Assembly: GCF_036321535.1 (NCBI RefSeq)
Contig: NC_087472.1
Coordinates: 92,940,001-93,004,000 of the forward strand
DNA: 64,000 nt
Direction: 5' to 3'
From: Camelus dromedarius
Lineage: Eukaryota
Of the stretch, positions 51,540-64,000 are shown one piece after another. How positions within the stretch are numbered: the stretch's first letter is position 1; each line of letters opens with the position of its first letter. The position numbers and the translations under genes are program-made. Below the pieces are notes generated by a model that saw only the letters and a program-made list of their open reading frames with translations, ran no database searches and had not been told where the DNA came from.

Positions 51540-52098
51540 AGGTGGCTTTTGTAACTTACTGTAGTAATTGTCAAAAACTACAGTTTCCATCTATCACCTT
51601 CAACATTTTTGCTACGTAGTAAAATTAACTGCATTGCTATTTGCTTAATATTTTGCTTTAAGTCCACTCACTCTTTTACTTAAATAAATTATTATAAAAG
51701 TTAAGAGTATATCACTACCATAAATGGTAAACTAGTATCATTGACCATAAATAGAGGGTAACTGTAAAAATAAATACAATGAAAATAAACTTTTAAATTT
51801 CAGCTAGCTGCTGGCTGCTGAAGGCTCTGAACATAAGGCCTGCTCACTCTTTGTTTAAAAAAGGAGATTAGCAAATGTTAGAGAGGTGTTAAGTCAAAAT
51901 AGCTCAAATAGCTCAAATTGAGAATTTCTTCTTGACATAATTAAAGGGATTGAAAGAGATTTAAAATGGAAGTAGCATTTTTCCTATGTGATAGTTATGT
52001 TCTTCAATGCCTTTTCATTGCAATTTAAATTATTTAAATACCACCCAAAATCATCTTGGATACTTTGTGGTGAGAATCCCACACTTTGCAAAACATTC
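51540..52098. mobile_element. hAT-Charlie-type DNA transposon fragment
   Basis: aaggcctgctcactctttgttt...ggagattagcaaatgttagagaggtgttaa...accacccaaaatcatct...ccacactttgcaaaaca. Confidence 0.55.
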
Positions 52099-54967
52099 TT
52101 AGAGTGATTAAAAATTAACTTTCCACCAAAGGGAACTCTGTAATCTTGGACATGTACTGAGTCAATGGTCAAGACATAACATTGTTGATATTATCATCAA
52201 TTCCATATCATCATCATCACCATCTCTACCCTCCTCTGTATTCTTTATGTGAAATCAGTTTTACTCTTTATAGAACGTATTAGTGGTTTCTCTTAGAGCT
52301 ATTGCTTCCCCTCATTCACCTTCTAAAGCTTCATTTTGGATAATCATTTATTCTCTCCTAATTGATGCTGTTGTGCAATAATCCTCCACTTGACCACTAG
52401 CTATACTTCCAAAACTCATATTTGATTGCTTCCATCCTCTGAATAACATAAGATCAGAGTGTTATATTGAGAATATCATGATCCAGTGAGTAAGGCAGAC
52501 TGTTTTGCATCACCCCCAGTCACTCCTAAGTATATCAGCTTGTTTGACTCTCCTTTAGGTCATTTATCATCATTTGTGAATTTTCTTATTTATTTTTTGG
52601 TGGTTTTGTTTAAAATCAGTCTCACTCAACCAAAACATAAGCTCAGGGAGTGTGAGGACCTGGTTTCTCTTGGTGGCCAGTTTATCTGCAGCATCTAGAA
52701 TAGCATCTGTCACATACTGGTTCTCAATGACCTTGGACAACTTACCAGATTTAACTTCCCTAACCTTGGTTTCATAATCTGCAAAATGAAAATAGTAATG
52801 CCCATCTAACAGGGTAGTTGTAAGGATTGAATGAGGTAACTTATGTCAAGGTTCTGGTACATCAACAGAAGCTATTATTAGTATATCTTCCTGTTGTTAG
52901 AATAAGGTCAATCTTAGACTACTATTTAAAGACTTCTGGGTATATGTCACGAAATTTTCTGTTTCTCAACCCATTTCTTCACATTCACCTAACACCCCAG
53001 GTCTTGTTGTAATATTTATTTATTGAGTATTTGTCTTAAGCTAGGTTTGGGGTATATAAAATAAAAAGAGCTTGTTCCTGCTTTTGTAGAGATGTAAGAT
53101 AGACTCATAAAGGGAAAAAAATAACATGTGGTAATAACCATAATGAAATCATGCACAACATGTAGTGCAAACATGAAAGAAATAGTGTCCTGGGCTGCCT
53201 GGCTAGGAGTGAGCAAGGGATGGAGGAAGCAGGAGAAGAGGAAGAAAGTAAGTCCCCTGCTCATCACTCCTACAACTTTTATGCCACAGTTCCATAACCT
53301 GGGCGATTCCTGTCCTCTAGGATGCCTTTGCACCCTGCCTAAATGTCCCTTTTTACATGGAGTTTCCCAAAAGCTCTTTATTAGAATTTATACTGACTTT
53401 TCCTTTCTTCCTCTTCTTAGGTCATACCTTATTGATGCACTCCTTCCAGGCTTCAGGCTCTCATATTTAATTTTACAATTTTCTATTCCTTTCACAAAAT
53501 TGCAAGTTTCCAAAGCATGGTGAATGTTTGTTTGTTTGTTTGTTCATCTCTACAGACTTTGTGATTATTGTGGAAGTTATTTTGCTAAAACTACAACTTC
53601 TACTTTTTCTTGTGGTCTGTAGGTCCCAAATCCATCCCTTCGGTTTACTGTGAACTATTGGTATTTGCCTAAGAGTATTATATTCTTCTAAAATACTAAT
53701 TTTATAAAGGTAGCCATACATAACTTCTTTTTATAATGTATAAAGAAAAAGAGGATTTAAAACACAGGACAAATCAATAGGCACAACCCAGTGCAAACTC
53801 TAAACTGAGTTAAATGAGACTGAATATGGGAAGAAGACTAAATGTGGGAAAAAGTAGAAGTGAGTGAAAAATGGTTGTGGCAAAATTACCAGCTGTTATT
53901 TATAGTATGTGCCGAGTATAAATATGTCCTTGCAAAACTTGAAGAGATGAGTCGTCAGTTATTTCAAGACAAATTTCTGACTTGCTTTATATTATTTAAG
54001 CATATTTTATGGAGAGAGTATTAAAAATTCTGTGTATAGAGGGACAGATATATGGAAGGACATTATGATGATGTGACCAGTGGACTTCACCTAAAGAGTT
54101 TAAACTTGTGGTCACCAAACCTTTTTGGTTTCACATACCTATTTTTTTTCTGAAATAATATAGAATAAAATGTATTTGAGTTTTACAGTAGTCACAGCAA
54201 TTTATAGCTCAGTACCAGTTTAGCAGGCTAATTGCAGAGAGCTGTTGGTCTGTACCTCCTTAAAGGTCACAAAGCAAGGAGCTTTCTGCCATAAATATAC
54301 AGATCTCAGCCACTGTACACATTTTGTTTTGTAGTTGCTATTTCTTTTGTCCCTAATGGTGATTGCATATATTTATTCAATGTGTGAGTCACAGCGGGAT
54401 TAAACTCCCAATAAAACCAATAATGACCTTCTGCTCCCTCTATGCATTCAACGATGTCTGTTGTATGTAAGGCCTTGTGCTGAGGGCTGGGATAAACAAG
54501 AAGGAATACAGCAAAATCCCACCCTTCAAGAAGCTTATAGAAAAGTAGAGAAGCTAATATAGAGAATACAGAAAATGGAAAAGTAGGGAAGTCAATAGCT
54601 GACACTATGATGTGATATTCAAGAGGTACGTATTCTCAGTGTCTTCAGAGGGTCATACAGCAGGGAGTTCATCCTTTAGCATGTAGCAGTTGGGGACGAT
54701 TTCACTAAGGAGAAAGCAAGCTGAGTTCTAAATCATAAATATAGGGGATTGTTTGGAAGAATGGTACAAGGAAAATTCTTCCAAGCAGGAGAAGTCCTAT
54801 AATTAAATTTCTTATGTGTTGGATATAGTGTTAGTCACTAGAGGTATACAGACAAAGATGATACACTTTCAAAATTTAAGGTATGCATAGCTTTGGTAAA
54901 GTTAGGGATAAAGACTTAACATACGTAAACAAAATACTCACAAGGTGGTAATAAGATCATATTTACC

Positions 54968-55109
54968 GGGGGCGGGGGGGGGTGAGGTATGGCTGAAGTG
55001 GTAGAGCGCATGCTTGGCATGCATGAGGTCCTGGGTTCAATCCTCAGTACGTCCTCTAAAAAATAAATAAATAAACCTAATTATCTCCCCCACTCCCCAC
55101 CAAAAATAA

Positions 55110-55152
<43 letters not shown>

Positions 55153-55200
55153 ATAGATAGATAGATAGATTTTAAAAATTAAAAAAATCATTAAAAGAAA
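54968..55200 (+). mobile_element. tRNA-derived camelid SINE (Vic-1-like) with (TAAA)n/(TAGA)n tail
   Basis: Pol III A box TGGCTGAAGTGG (54990-55001) and B box GGTTCAATCC (55034-55043). Body gtagagcgcatgcttggcatgcatgaggtcctgggttcaatcc, then aataaataaacctaattatctcccc. Confidence 0.85.
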
Positions 55201-55351
55201 AAAGAACGTAACTATCTTGGCTGGACCTAGCAGTAAATTTGAAGCCAGAGTGGGCCAGGGAACCCCAATCACAGGATGGGGTGTGGGAAGAGAAAGTGTG
55301 CAGACAAGTTTTGGGGGCAGAGAAGGAGTGAGGCTAGGATCATATACACAG

Positions 55352-55853
55352 TTATCACTTAGTTTTGGCTTCTCCAGAAGCAGAACCTGAAATAAGGATT
55401 TGTTGGCGAATAGTCTTCCTGTTAGATGTCCCCATGAAATACCTGAAGGGGATGAGGACACTGGGAGGGAAGGTACCACTAAAGGATGTATTGTCAAGTT
55501 AAGTACAACAGTGAGTCACTGGGGATTAACCATGCTTGAGAATTCTGTGAATCAGTGTACAGTGAGCCTAGGTGTTAGTCCAACCCAGTGGCAAGGGATG
55601 GTTAATCTATCCAAGGGGTAGGAGAGCTGGGATATTTATACACTAACTCTTATCAGTTATGGGTCCAGGATTGCAGAATGTGTGCTAATACTTTAGTGCT
55701 TCTAGCCTACTGTTCTGGATGGCTGAGTGGGCTCTATAGCCAAAGTAAGTCCTCAGGCAAGGAGATGCAGAAGGCAGTTGGAAGCCAGGCCTGGAGGGAC
55801 CTTAATGGGAAGGCCTCAGGGCACATAGGCAGATGATAAGAATGTCTGCTCCA
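55352..55853 (-). mobile_element. LTR33-like (ERVL) solo LTR
   Basis: cttagttttggcttctccagaagcagaacctgaaataaggatttg...agctgggatatttatacactaactc...aatgtctgctcca. Confidence 0.7.
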
Positions 55854-57214
55854 AACTTATTCAGAGTTTCTTGTGGTCAGGATGGTGTCTTCTAAATCCT
55901 CATCTCTATTCACAGCCGATGGCCTTCACTGTGTAGGACTCAATCTGATTGTTTCATGGAGGTTTTAGTGATAAGAAGGGACATTAGTGGTCATCCAAAT
56001 CATTCATTTTTATAGAAACCAAGCTCTCCCAAAGTTTGAATAGCTAGTTAATTGAGTAAGCTTTAGAATCCAGGTCTCCTGATTCACGGCCCCAAATGCT
56101 AGTACTTGAACCACATTCATTCACCATCCCCAACCCTTTGAAGGACTTTAGCACAGATTTTTTAACAGATTAACTGATAATAGTATTTGAAATACTTAAA
56201 AAAGATAATCAGACTTGCCAAATCTATTGTTGTTTAGTATCCACTAACTAGTAAAAAAGGATTTCTTGAATCTGCTTTCAATTTTATTTAAAAGTATACA
56301 GATAACTGAATCCTACTTGATGCAGTGAATATAAATTAGATTTTAGTAAAAACAAGTTTTAAAATGCACCAAGCAAGCATATTATTTCAGGGCGCCACTG
56401 GTGAAATCATTTTCTGGAATTTTTAATAGTTACCTAATTTATGTATTATAAGGGATTCTTTTATTATTATTCTTGTGGGCTTGGTGTTTTTCACATTTAT
56501 TTATGGATATTAGTCTTTCTTAAAGCAAAACGCTGCTACTTTTTAAATATAATAACATTGATACATTACAGTTACAATTCTTGCATTGATTATTAAGCCT
56601 AAACACAATGATAAAATACATCTCATCTCTTGTAAGGGAAATAATTGTGTTAACCTTATATTTTATTCCTATATTCTTTGTGAACTGTAATTAAATATTA
56701 AGTTGCATTCTAAAACACAATCTTTGGTTACACTTCTATTCTGTGTTGGTTTAGAAGTTTATGATTCCCCTGACCACTAGAAATTCTAAAACTCTCTTTA
56801 AATTCTCTCTTTCTTGAGGGGAAGTCATTTATTTTAAGTGGGATTGCCATTGCTGAAAGTATGGTAAAGGGAAATACTGTAGCAACTAGCAGAGGTGTTG
56901 CATCTTTCTGTATTCTCACAAGTCTGCCAGGAGTCTAAGGTGCACAAAGGTATGCATCATATAGATGTCCATGGTTAGTGTCTATCAGTAATTCACATGT
57001 CAGTATTGAATGGGTCAATAAAGTTTCACTCCTTCTTGTCTTGATAAGATCAGTCACTTGGGAGGAGAATTTTGATTGAGGAGGAGGGTGACTTTGGAAC
57101 AAGAACATGTTAGAGCTTAGGGCAGACCTGGGTAGAATGTTAAATGCAGGTAGTAAATTACAGTTACAGTAGCAGCAAGATAATGTGTCCCTAAAAGATC
57201 AACAATGATGACAC

Positions 57215-57365
57215 TAATAATAGTAAGAGCTATATTTGTTTAATGCTTACACTGTGATGGATACATTTCTGAGCAACTTATGGGAATTAACTCATTTAAT
57301 CCTCCTAACAGTCTATGAGGTGGGTACTGTTAGTATCCCCATGTTACAGATGAAGAAATTGAGTA
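57215..57365 (-). mobile_element. MIR SINE
   Basis: aattaactcatttaatcctcctaacagtctatgaggtgggtactgttagtatccccatgttacagatgaagaaattgag. Confidence 0.85.
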
Positions 57366-57519
57366 TGACGGTCTGACCAAAATCCATTTAGTCATATTCA
57401 ATTTTAAGTTATTTAAGGTAGATATTTGTGGCTGCCATTAGTTAAAGGGAGGTGGTAAAGGCAAAAGATCATTCCCTCATTATCTGGCTATTAGGAACTT
57501 TACCATAAAAGTAAGTTTG

Positions 57520-58775
57520 ATACTTGCACACTAATGTTCACAGCAGCATATTCACCATAGCCAAAAGTTGGAAACAACCCAAGTGTCCATCAACAGATGA
57601 ATGGACAAAAAAAATGTGGTATATACACATAATGGACTATTACTCAGTCAGAAAAAGGAATAGAATTCTGATTCATGTTACAATAGGGATAAACCTTGAA
57701 AAAAGTATGCTAACTGAAATAAGTCAGACACAGAAGGACAACATTCTATGATTCCACTTATATGAGGTACCTAGAATAGGCAAATTCATAGAGATAATAA
57801 GTAGGATAGAAGTTACCAGGGAATGGGGGAGGGGGAGATGAGGAGTTATCATCTAATGGGTACAGAGTTTCTGTTTGGGATGATGAAAACCTCTGGAAAT
57901 AGATAGTGGTGATGGTTACACAACTCTGTGAATGTAATTAATGCTGCTAAATTGTGTAATTTAAAATGATGAATTTTATGCTGGAGAGGGTGTGGAGAAA
58001 AGGGAACCCTCCTATACTGTTGGTGGGAATGTAGTTTGGTACAGACATTATGGAAAACAGTGTGGAGATTCCTTAAAAAACTGAAAATAGACTTACCCTA
58101 TGATCCAGCAGTTCCACTCCTGGACATATATCTGGAGGGAACTCTAATGCGAAAAGATACATCCACCCCAGTGTTCATAGCAGCACTATTTACAATAGGC
58201 AAGACATGGAAGCAACCTAAATCTCCATCAACAGATGACCGGATAAAGAAGCTTTGGTATATTTATACAATGGAATACTACTCAGCAATAAAAAAGAATA
58301 AAATAATGCCATTTGCAGCAACATGGATGGACCTGGAGATTGTCATACTCAGTGAAGTAAGCCAGAAAGAGAAAGAAAAAATACCATGATATCATTTATA
58401 TGTAGAATTTAAAAAAAAAAAGGACACAAATGAACTTATTTACAAAACAGAGACAGACTCGCAGACATAGAAAACAAACTTACAGTTACAAAGGGGGAAA
58501 AGGAGTGGGAAGGAGTAAATTGGGAGTTCAGGATTTGTAGATACACACTACTATATGTAAAATAGATAAACAACAAATCCTACTGTATAGCACAGGGAAC
58601 TATATTCAATACCTTGTAATGGCCTATAATGAAAAAGAATATGAAAAGGAATATGCATATGTGTAAATGAATTACTGTGCTGTAAGCCAGAAATTAGTTG
58701 CAAATCAACTATACTTCAATAAAAAAGAAAAAAAGATGAATTTTATATTTGTATATTTTACCACAATACGTTTTT
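57520..58775 (+). mobile_element. Older L1 (L1MB-type) 3' end, split by a younger L1
   Basis: cttgcacactaatgttcacagcagcatattcac...gggtacagagtttctgtttgggatgatgaaaa...aaaatgatgaattttat | atttgtatattttaccacaat. Confidence 0.85.
57980..58734 (+). mobile_element. Younger 5'-truncated L1 with a stop-free ORF2 C-terminus
   Basis: 58036-58389 translates to the L1 ORF2p C-terminus ([25 protein letters not shown]...[15 protein letters not shown]...FAATWMDLE). TSD gatgaattttat at 57968-79 and 58735-46. Confidence 0.93.
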
Positions 58776-59284
58776 TTAAAAGTATGAAGATGAATTCAGA
58801 AGACATCACACATTTGTGAACAAATATTTATTAGTCAGCAGACACAAAAGTGGCTCAGCCAACCAATCTTGTAGAGTCACTAAAATCTCAGGCCTCAGTC
58901 CTTGGAGGTGTTTCTACCACATCTTATGTGCAAACTTCACAGGAAGAGGACACAACAATCTAGAGGGAGGGTTCCAGTAAATTTATGGGCAACACCAGGT
59001 ATAGAACAATACTATAAATTATTGGTTGGACAGAGGACAATTTCTGAATCAAACTTTGGGAACGTTCCAAAAAGGCAAGAGCTTCTTTGTTCCTTCCATC
59101 CCACTGGTGCAAGGATGGAGAGAGTATCTCAGATAGTTTAACCCATACATACATATCCTGGATGTTAAATGGCATTCTATGTCAGGCAGCTTCCTGGCAA
59201 AAAAACACTCAGATGGTATAGTCAAACATGGTAGTTGGGAAAAGTTTGAGAAGAAGACCATTCTTTGTTATAATAGACAAGCCA

Positions 59285-59453
59285 CTACAATGATATATTG
59301 TACAACACAGGGAATATCACCAATATTTTGTAATAACTGTAAGTGGAGTATAACCTTTAAAAATTATGAATCACTCTATTGTACACCTGTAACATGTAAT
59401 ATTGAATATCAACTATACTTCAATTGAAAAAAGGAAAAAATAAAGAGAAAAAA
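59285..59453 (+). mobile_element. Short L1 3' end
   Basis: tgtacaacacagggaatat...gaatcactctattgtacacctgtaac...tcaactatacttcaatt with an A tail; TSD ag[a/g]caagcca at 59275-84 and 59454-63. Confidence 0.8.
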
Positions 59454-60647
59454 AGGCAAGCCAATAAAATGTGAAGTTTTAATATCTAAATTCATAGAGG
59501 GTATGCATCTCTCAATATATTTTTATATTCAAAGTTTATACATGAAAATTCTATATTTATACCCATTCAACTCAATATAATATTAAAAACACATAGCATG
59601 AAGGAATAATTTCAAGTTATATTTCAAATACAATTTCAGGAATTTCACAATCTCCTGTAGATACTGAAATGCAGACTGAATGTCAGCAAATGGGATGTGT
59701 GGGATTTGGTGATTAAATAGGTTTTGTGTGTTGACCAGCCAATCAATGTTTTGATCCAACTGAATTATATATGAAATTTGAAATAAACCTGTTTGTACAT
59801 AAGACATTACTATTGATCCCGATATTTTACCTCTTTTTCAGCAGTTCAGGGTTCTTACCACCCTTGGACTTAAGGGAAGCATTGTTAGCAAAGGAAATTG
59901 GTATTCCTTTCCCCTGCAAGATTTTTCTCCTCTCTTGGTTTGGGAGCAGTTAGCTAGGGGAGGGAGAAAATGTCATTCAACCTGGCTTCCTCTAGAATCT
60001 ATACCCTTACTGCCCATTCCTTTATAGAGTCTCCTTTAGCACTGACACTGTCAGCTTCTACTTTATAAAGATGTACATCTCTGACGTTTGACTTTGTAAT
60101 TGTTGTCTAGTATTTTTCTTATGTGTGTCTGTTCTGCTTCCCCAACTAGGCTGTTGGATCCTTCAGGGAATGTGTCTCTTATTTTGCATTCCCACACACT
60201 TCTGCAGGCAGTTGGTTCGCAGTACTTCCAGGTGTGCTAAACTCTGAGGTTTCAGATGCACAGGAAGCACACATTTGTAGATACCTTCATTTTAGTCAAA
60301 GAAAGAATGAAGTTACTAAGTCTCCAAGCAAGGTTCCCAGGTGCTCCCCTCCCTTGCATCTAAGATCCTGAGCTTTCACTAAACGGAGGTTGAAGTAAAG
60401 ATTTGTTAGCGTTTGCCCCTGATCATTATTTTAGTTGGTTGTAGGACAGCTCATGGGCATCATGCTTGCCTTAGGGGCTGAACACAGGGAAGACAAAGCC
60501 AAGAAAGTTCTGCACACTGTTTGGGGCCAAATGCAAAGTGGAAACCAGAGAAAAAGTTATGGTGTTCAATATCCCTTCTCCTGTAAAACCTTCTACTTGT
60601 TGTGTGACTAGAAAAAAAGGAAGAATGTAGGAGTGGATAGAATACTG

Positions 60648-60855
60648 TATGTGTCAGAAAACTGTGACCTGTGAGCCAAATCCAGCCCACAGCCTGTTTT
60701 TGTAAATAAACTTTGAATGGATCCGTTTCCATATTGTCCATGGCTGCTTTGAAACTACAGTGCTTAGCTGCGCAGTTGTGACAGAGATCCTGTGGTACCC
60801 AAAGCCTAAAGTACTTACTCTGTGGCCCTTAACAGAAAACCTTTGCTGACTCCTG
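60648..60855 (-). mobile_element. MER58A-like MITE
   Basis: gagccaaatccagcccacagcctgtttttgtaaataaa...tgtccatggctgcttt...aaagcctaaagtacttactctgtggcccttaacagaaaacctttgctgactcctg. Confidence 0.85.
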
Positions 60856-61299
60856 GAATACTACGTCCATAGAATTTAAAAAAAAAAAAAATCCTGCCAT
60901 TTGAGTAGTGCTTTAAAATAAAAGTAAATAAGAAAATGCAAATTTAAATGGCTGGTTTTTATTACACCTGAGGTGAAAGTAATGCTTTTGAGTTTATGAC
61001 TCCCTTTGTGGTATGATTTGAGGCACACACTTGTCCCAGAAAGGATGGCCCCTTTCCTGGTAGAATTTGAGGAATCTACCACTATAGACTTGCCCAATTT
61101 AGGCAAAATATTTTAAAATGCAAATACCCTTAAAGGAAGATGCTCATAATCTATTATCAGTCTTTTTTCCCTGTGTGTAATTGAATTAATCTCTTCCTTC
61201 TCTTCCCTACAAGATAAAGAGGAGATAACAGAGTCGCCACTAAAGAGTTGAAAGTTGAGCTGGAAATATGGAGGAAACAGTAAAGAAGGAATGGAACTG

Positions 61300-61490
61300 A
61301 TGTTACATATATTACCTCATTGGACCTCACAACACTCACAACAGTCCTGGAAGCTTGGTAAGTTATAATTACCCCATCTTTAAATAAAAGGAAGCTGAGT
61401 CTCAAAGAAGCTTGGTGAATTGCCCAAGGTTATGCAGTTAATATATAGCAGCGAAGGTCTTCTAACTCTCACTCTAAATTCTGAGGTATT
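61300..61490 (-). mobile_element. MIR SINE
   Basis: attaccccatctttaaataaaaggaagctgagtctcaaagaagcttggtgaattgcccaaggtta. Confidence 0.7.
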
Positions 61491-62159
61491 TTCCCCATTA
61501 TACTCCATTGCCTCTTCAACATCTTTGCTACCTCCCTTGAGAGTGTAATTTCCTCACTCCTGAAAATACAAGTCTGCCTTCTGGAACTTAAAATCATTCC
61601 CATAAGTTGTTGCTGTAACTTGGTTCCACCTAAAATCCCCAAATTAAAATCACTCACCATTTAAAGATGTTTCCTAAATTCAGTCTAGATGTTCATTCGT
61701 CAACCTACTACTAAACTGATAGCCAATAATAATCACTCTGTTTTATCTGATGTGACAAAGGACATTGCTCTGTACTGAATTATAAGTGATCCAAGTCCTG
61801 AATTAAAATCAGGTAAAAACCATCTCTTTTTATGTAAGTAAATCTCACAATTAAGAATGTATAATAATTAGTTTCAAATTGGAGTAAATCATCAAAGAAA
61901 GTTAGGTATCCTGGGAGTTATTTACATGAGAACAGATGCCTATGGAAGTTAAATGGAGTGTGGAAATGTCACAGCATGCTGTAGTAGAAGAGATAAATTA
62001 ATAAAATGATCACATCTCAAGTTATATCTGGTAGGAAATAGAATTTTTATATATTTTAAAAGATTCCTATTTTCAGTAGTAGACGACAGGAAGAAGTTCA
62101 AAATAGTTATTTTAATAAGTATGATCACACAAAATACCAACAAAAATACATTTAACTTT

Positions 62160-62242
62160 ATACATATATATGTGTGTGTGTATATATATATGTGTGTGTG
62201 TGTGTATATATATATATATTTATACACATATACACATACATG
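62160..62242. repeat. Compound (TA)n/(TG)n microsatellite
   Basis: Directly visible. Confidence 0.9.
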
Positions 62243-63659
62243 CACAGAGGACAGAAATCAGTGACAATAATTTTTAAAATCCCAAAATGATTGCTGCATA
62301 TATATTATCAATAAGCTGCTATTAGAATTGGAAGGCTTTTCCACCGGGCACTGAGCCCCCCACTTTCAGGTAGGCTCTCATAAACACACTCAGACAAATG
62401 GTTCTCATAATGGTGGCAAACGTCAGAGCCTGTCAGGCACTTATTTGAGTTTTACCTAGATCAATGAAATTGTGGTTTAAATCTATTCCTCTGCTCTGCT
62501 TTCAGAGAATTGAGGTCAGGTAGAAAAAGCCACCCTCTTACACCCTTAGTTCAGACCTGCTATCTTGTCTCTAGTTGACTTTTGACTACCTCTGCATAGA
62601 AAGTCATTATTTACTCCTTTACTATTGGTTAACTTTGAGATGCCCTAATTAAGCATTCATACTTCAGGTGTGGTAAATTAGCATTGGAACAGACTAATTA
62701 GAATATGCTTTCCTGTTTTGGCTTCAGTTGTCTCATATCACAGCAATGCAAGAAGGTTTAATAATTTACATACTAGCTATTTAAAATTATTTTTCATTGC
62801 TGAAATGAATGGTATTTCAATATACAGATACTAGTTAGGAAGAATGAACTGGCACCTCTGACCCTGCGTGAGCAGGTAAAACCCTCTGAGTGGCTTTCTT
62901 TATCTAGGGTTCTAGTTAGCATGCTTGGCTTGAACAAAGATTCTGTGGTGTCCGTTCCAAAGTTAGCCGAACCTGAATGCTAACTGTAGTTCAGGTACTT
63001 CAAGTGACTCTTTCATGCAGGTTTCTTGTCGGAGAGACTTAAAAAGGCAGAGGGGTTAGAACTTCATGAATTTACATGGAGAGGCCATGTTTATTTGCTC
63101 CTAAATGTTTGCATGTTTGAGAATTTGGTTTGAGATTTAAGATACCACTGGAAATGAGGATGCAGAGAAAGAGCTTATTTCAAGGAAAAATTGACATAAG
63201 CCTTACTCATTTACATAAGCCTTCCATTTTTAACAGACTTTGGATTTCACATATCATCTGTAGGTTGATATAATAGTCACCAAAAATACACATAATTTCA
63301 TATTATTCTCTCTTGTAACTTGTTGTTATTTATTTTAAAAATCCGGTGGTTTATGGAGGCTGCTCATTACTGGCAATATACCTAATAATTGAAAAAAACC
63401 CACTAAATCGGCTTGAGTCTGTTTCAACAAGGCCCTAGTTAATGCTCATGTCTCCTATTTTTATAGCCTTTTAACTGGTGTCCTCACCTCCAGCTTCTCC
63501 ATATTTTAATCCAGAATATTATAATAATGATCCCTGAATGCTAACTTATTTTCCTCATTAATTGGAGTGGTGACTTATCAATTTCCTAGGACTGCCAAGG
63601 CGGGAAGTAATCTTACAAGGGGAAGGTGCCTGGATGCTTGGTCAGGACTTAGAGGTGGG

Positions 63660-63900
63660 AAGTAAAATCAAATATATAGAAATCAATGTTTTTTATAGAA
63701 TGTATGAAAACAACAGTCAATTAAAAATGTAGTGGTAGAAAAGATCTCATTTACAGTAGTGTCAGAAAAGAATTACCTAGGAATTAAACCTAATGAAAAA
63801 TGTCCAAGACCAATATGAAAAAATAACCTTAAAGCAACTTGAAAGACAAAAAAGTAAACATAAACAAATAAAAAGACTTACCATGTACTTAGATTAAAAA
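63660..63900 (+). mobile_element. Old L1 ORF2 fragment
   Basis: aaaatcaaatatatagaaatcaatg...tcatttacagtag...tacctaggaattaaacctaatgaaaaatgtccaagacc. Confidence 0.65.
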
Positions 63901-63948
63901 AAAAACTCATAGGATGTAAGGCTACTCTGAAAAGATGTGTGCATGTGG

Positions 63949-64000
63949 TAGGATGGCCAATTTTGCTCAGGATTTTCCTGGTGTTAAGTACTAAAAGTCT
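63949..64000 (+). mobile_element. Start of a MER81/MER94-like hAT MITE, cut by the window edge
   Basis: taggatggccaa...caggattttcctggtgttaagtactaaaagtc. Confidence 0.45.

Noticed and set aside
54985..55055. Possible tRNA gene
   Set aside because: There is no proper acceptor stem and it continues into a SINE body and A-rich tail, so it is a SINE head.
56388..56405. CTCF-like site (reverse complement CACCAGTGGCGCCC)
   Set aside because: The spacing does not fit the CCASYAGRKGGCR core.
58036..58389. 117-aa ORF as a host gene
   Set aside because: It is the C-terminus of L1 ORF2p in a 5'-truncated copy with no promoter or true start codon.
1..64000. CRISPR array, operon or other prokaryotic or novel multi-gene system
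   Set aside because: I saw no regularly spaced repeat-spacer structure and no gene-dense coding region; the window is mammalian intronic and intergenic DNA.

Overview
AT-rich, CpG-depleted mammalian genomic DNA. A tRNA-derived SINE resembling camelid Vic-1 (~54.97-55.20 kb) points to a camelid; I saw no Alu, Bov-tA or PRE-1. I found no intact protein-coding exon, and the ORF track is explained by transposon remnants or chance. The main host feature is a minus-strand non-coding first exon (~24450-25050) ending in a clean splice donor (TGG|GTAAGG). From memory it matches the 5'UTR exon 1 of X-linked IL1RAPL1; this is unverified by search. If so, 1-24449 is intron 1 and >25.1 kb is promoter/upstream DNA. 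The exon has 6 upstream ATGs forming 5 short uORFs, and upstream of it lie a (TC)n-(CA)n tract and a G-rich GC box. The rest is layered repeats: L1 3' ends with TSDs (one twin-primed, one nested), old L1/HAL1, L2, MIR, hAT and Tigger MITEs, ERVL/MaLR LTRs, and a cluster of solo LTRs 15-19 kb upstream of the exon. One of those LTRs has an inverted sister copy in intron 1. I see no CRISPR, prokaryotic system or clearly novel biological system; the findings are regulatory hypotheses and transposon history. Repeat subfamily names are recalled from consensus sequences, and boundaries of old repeats are approximate.
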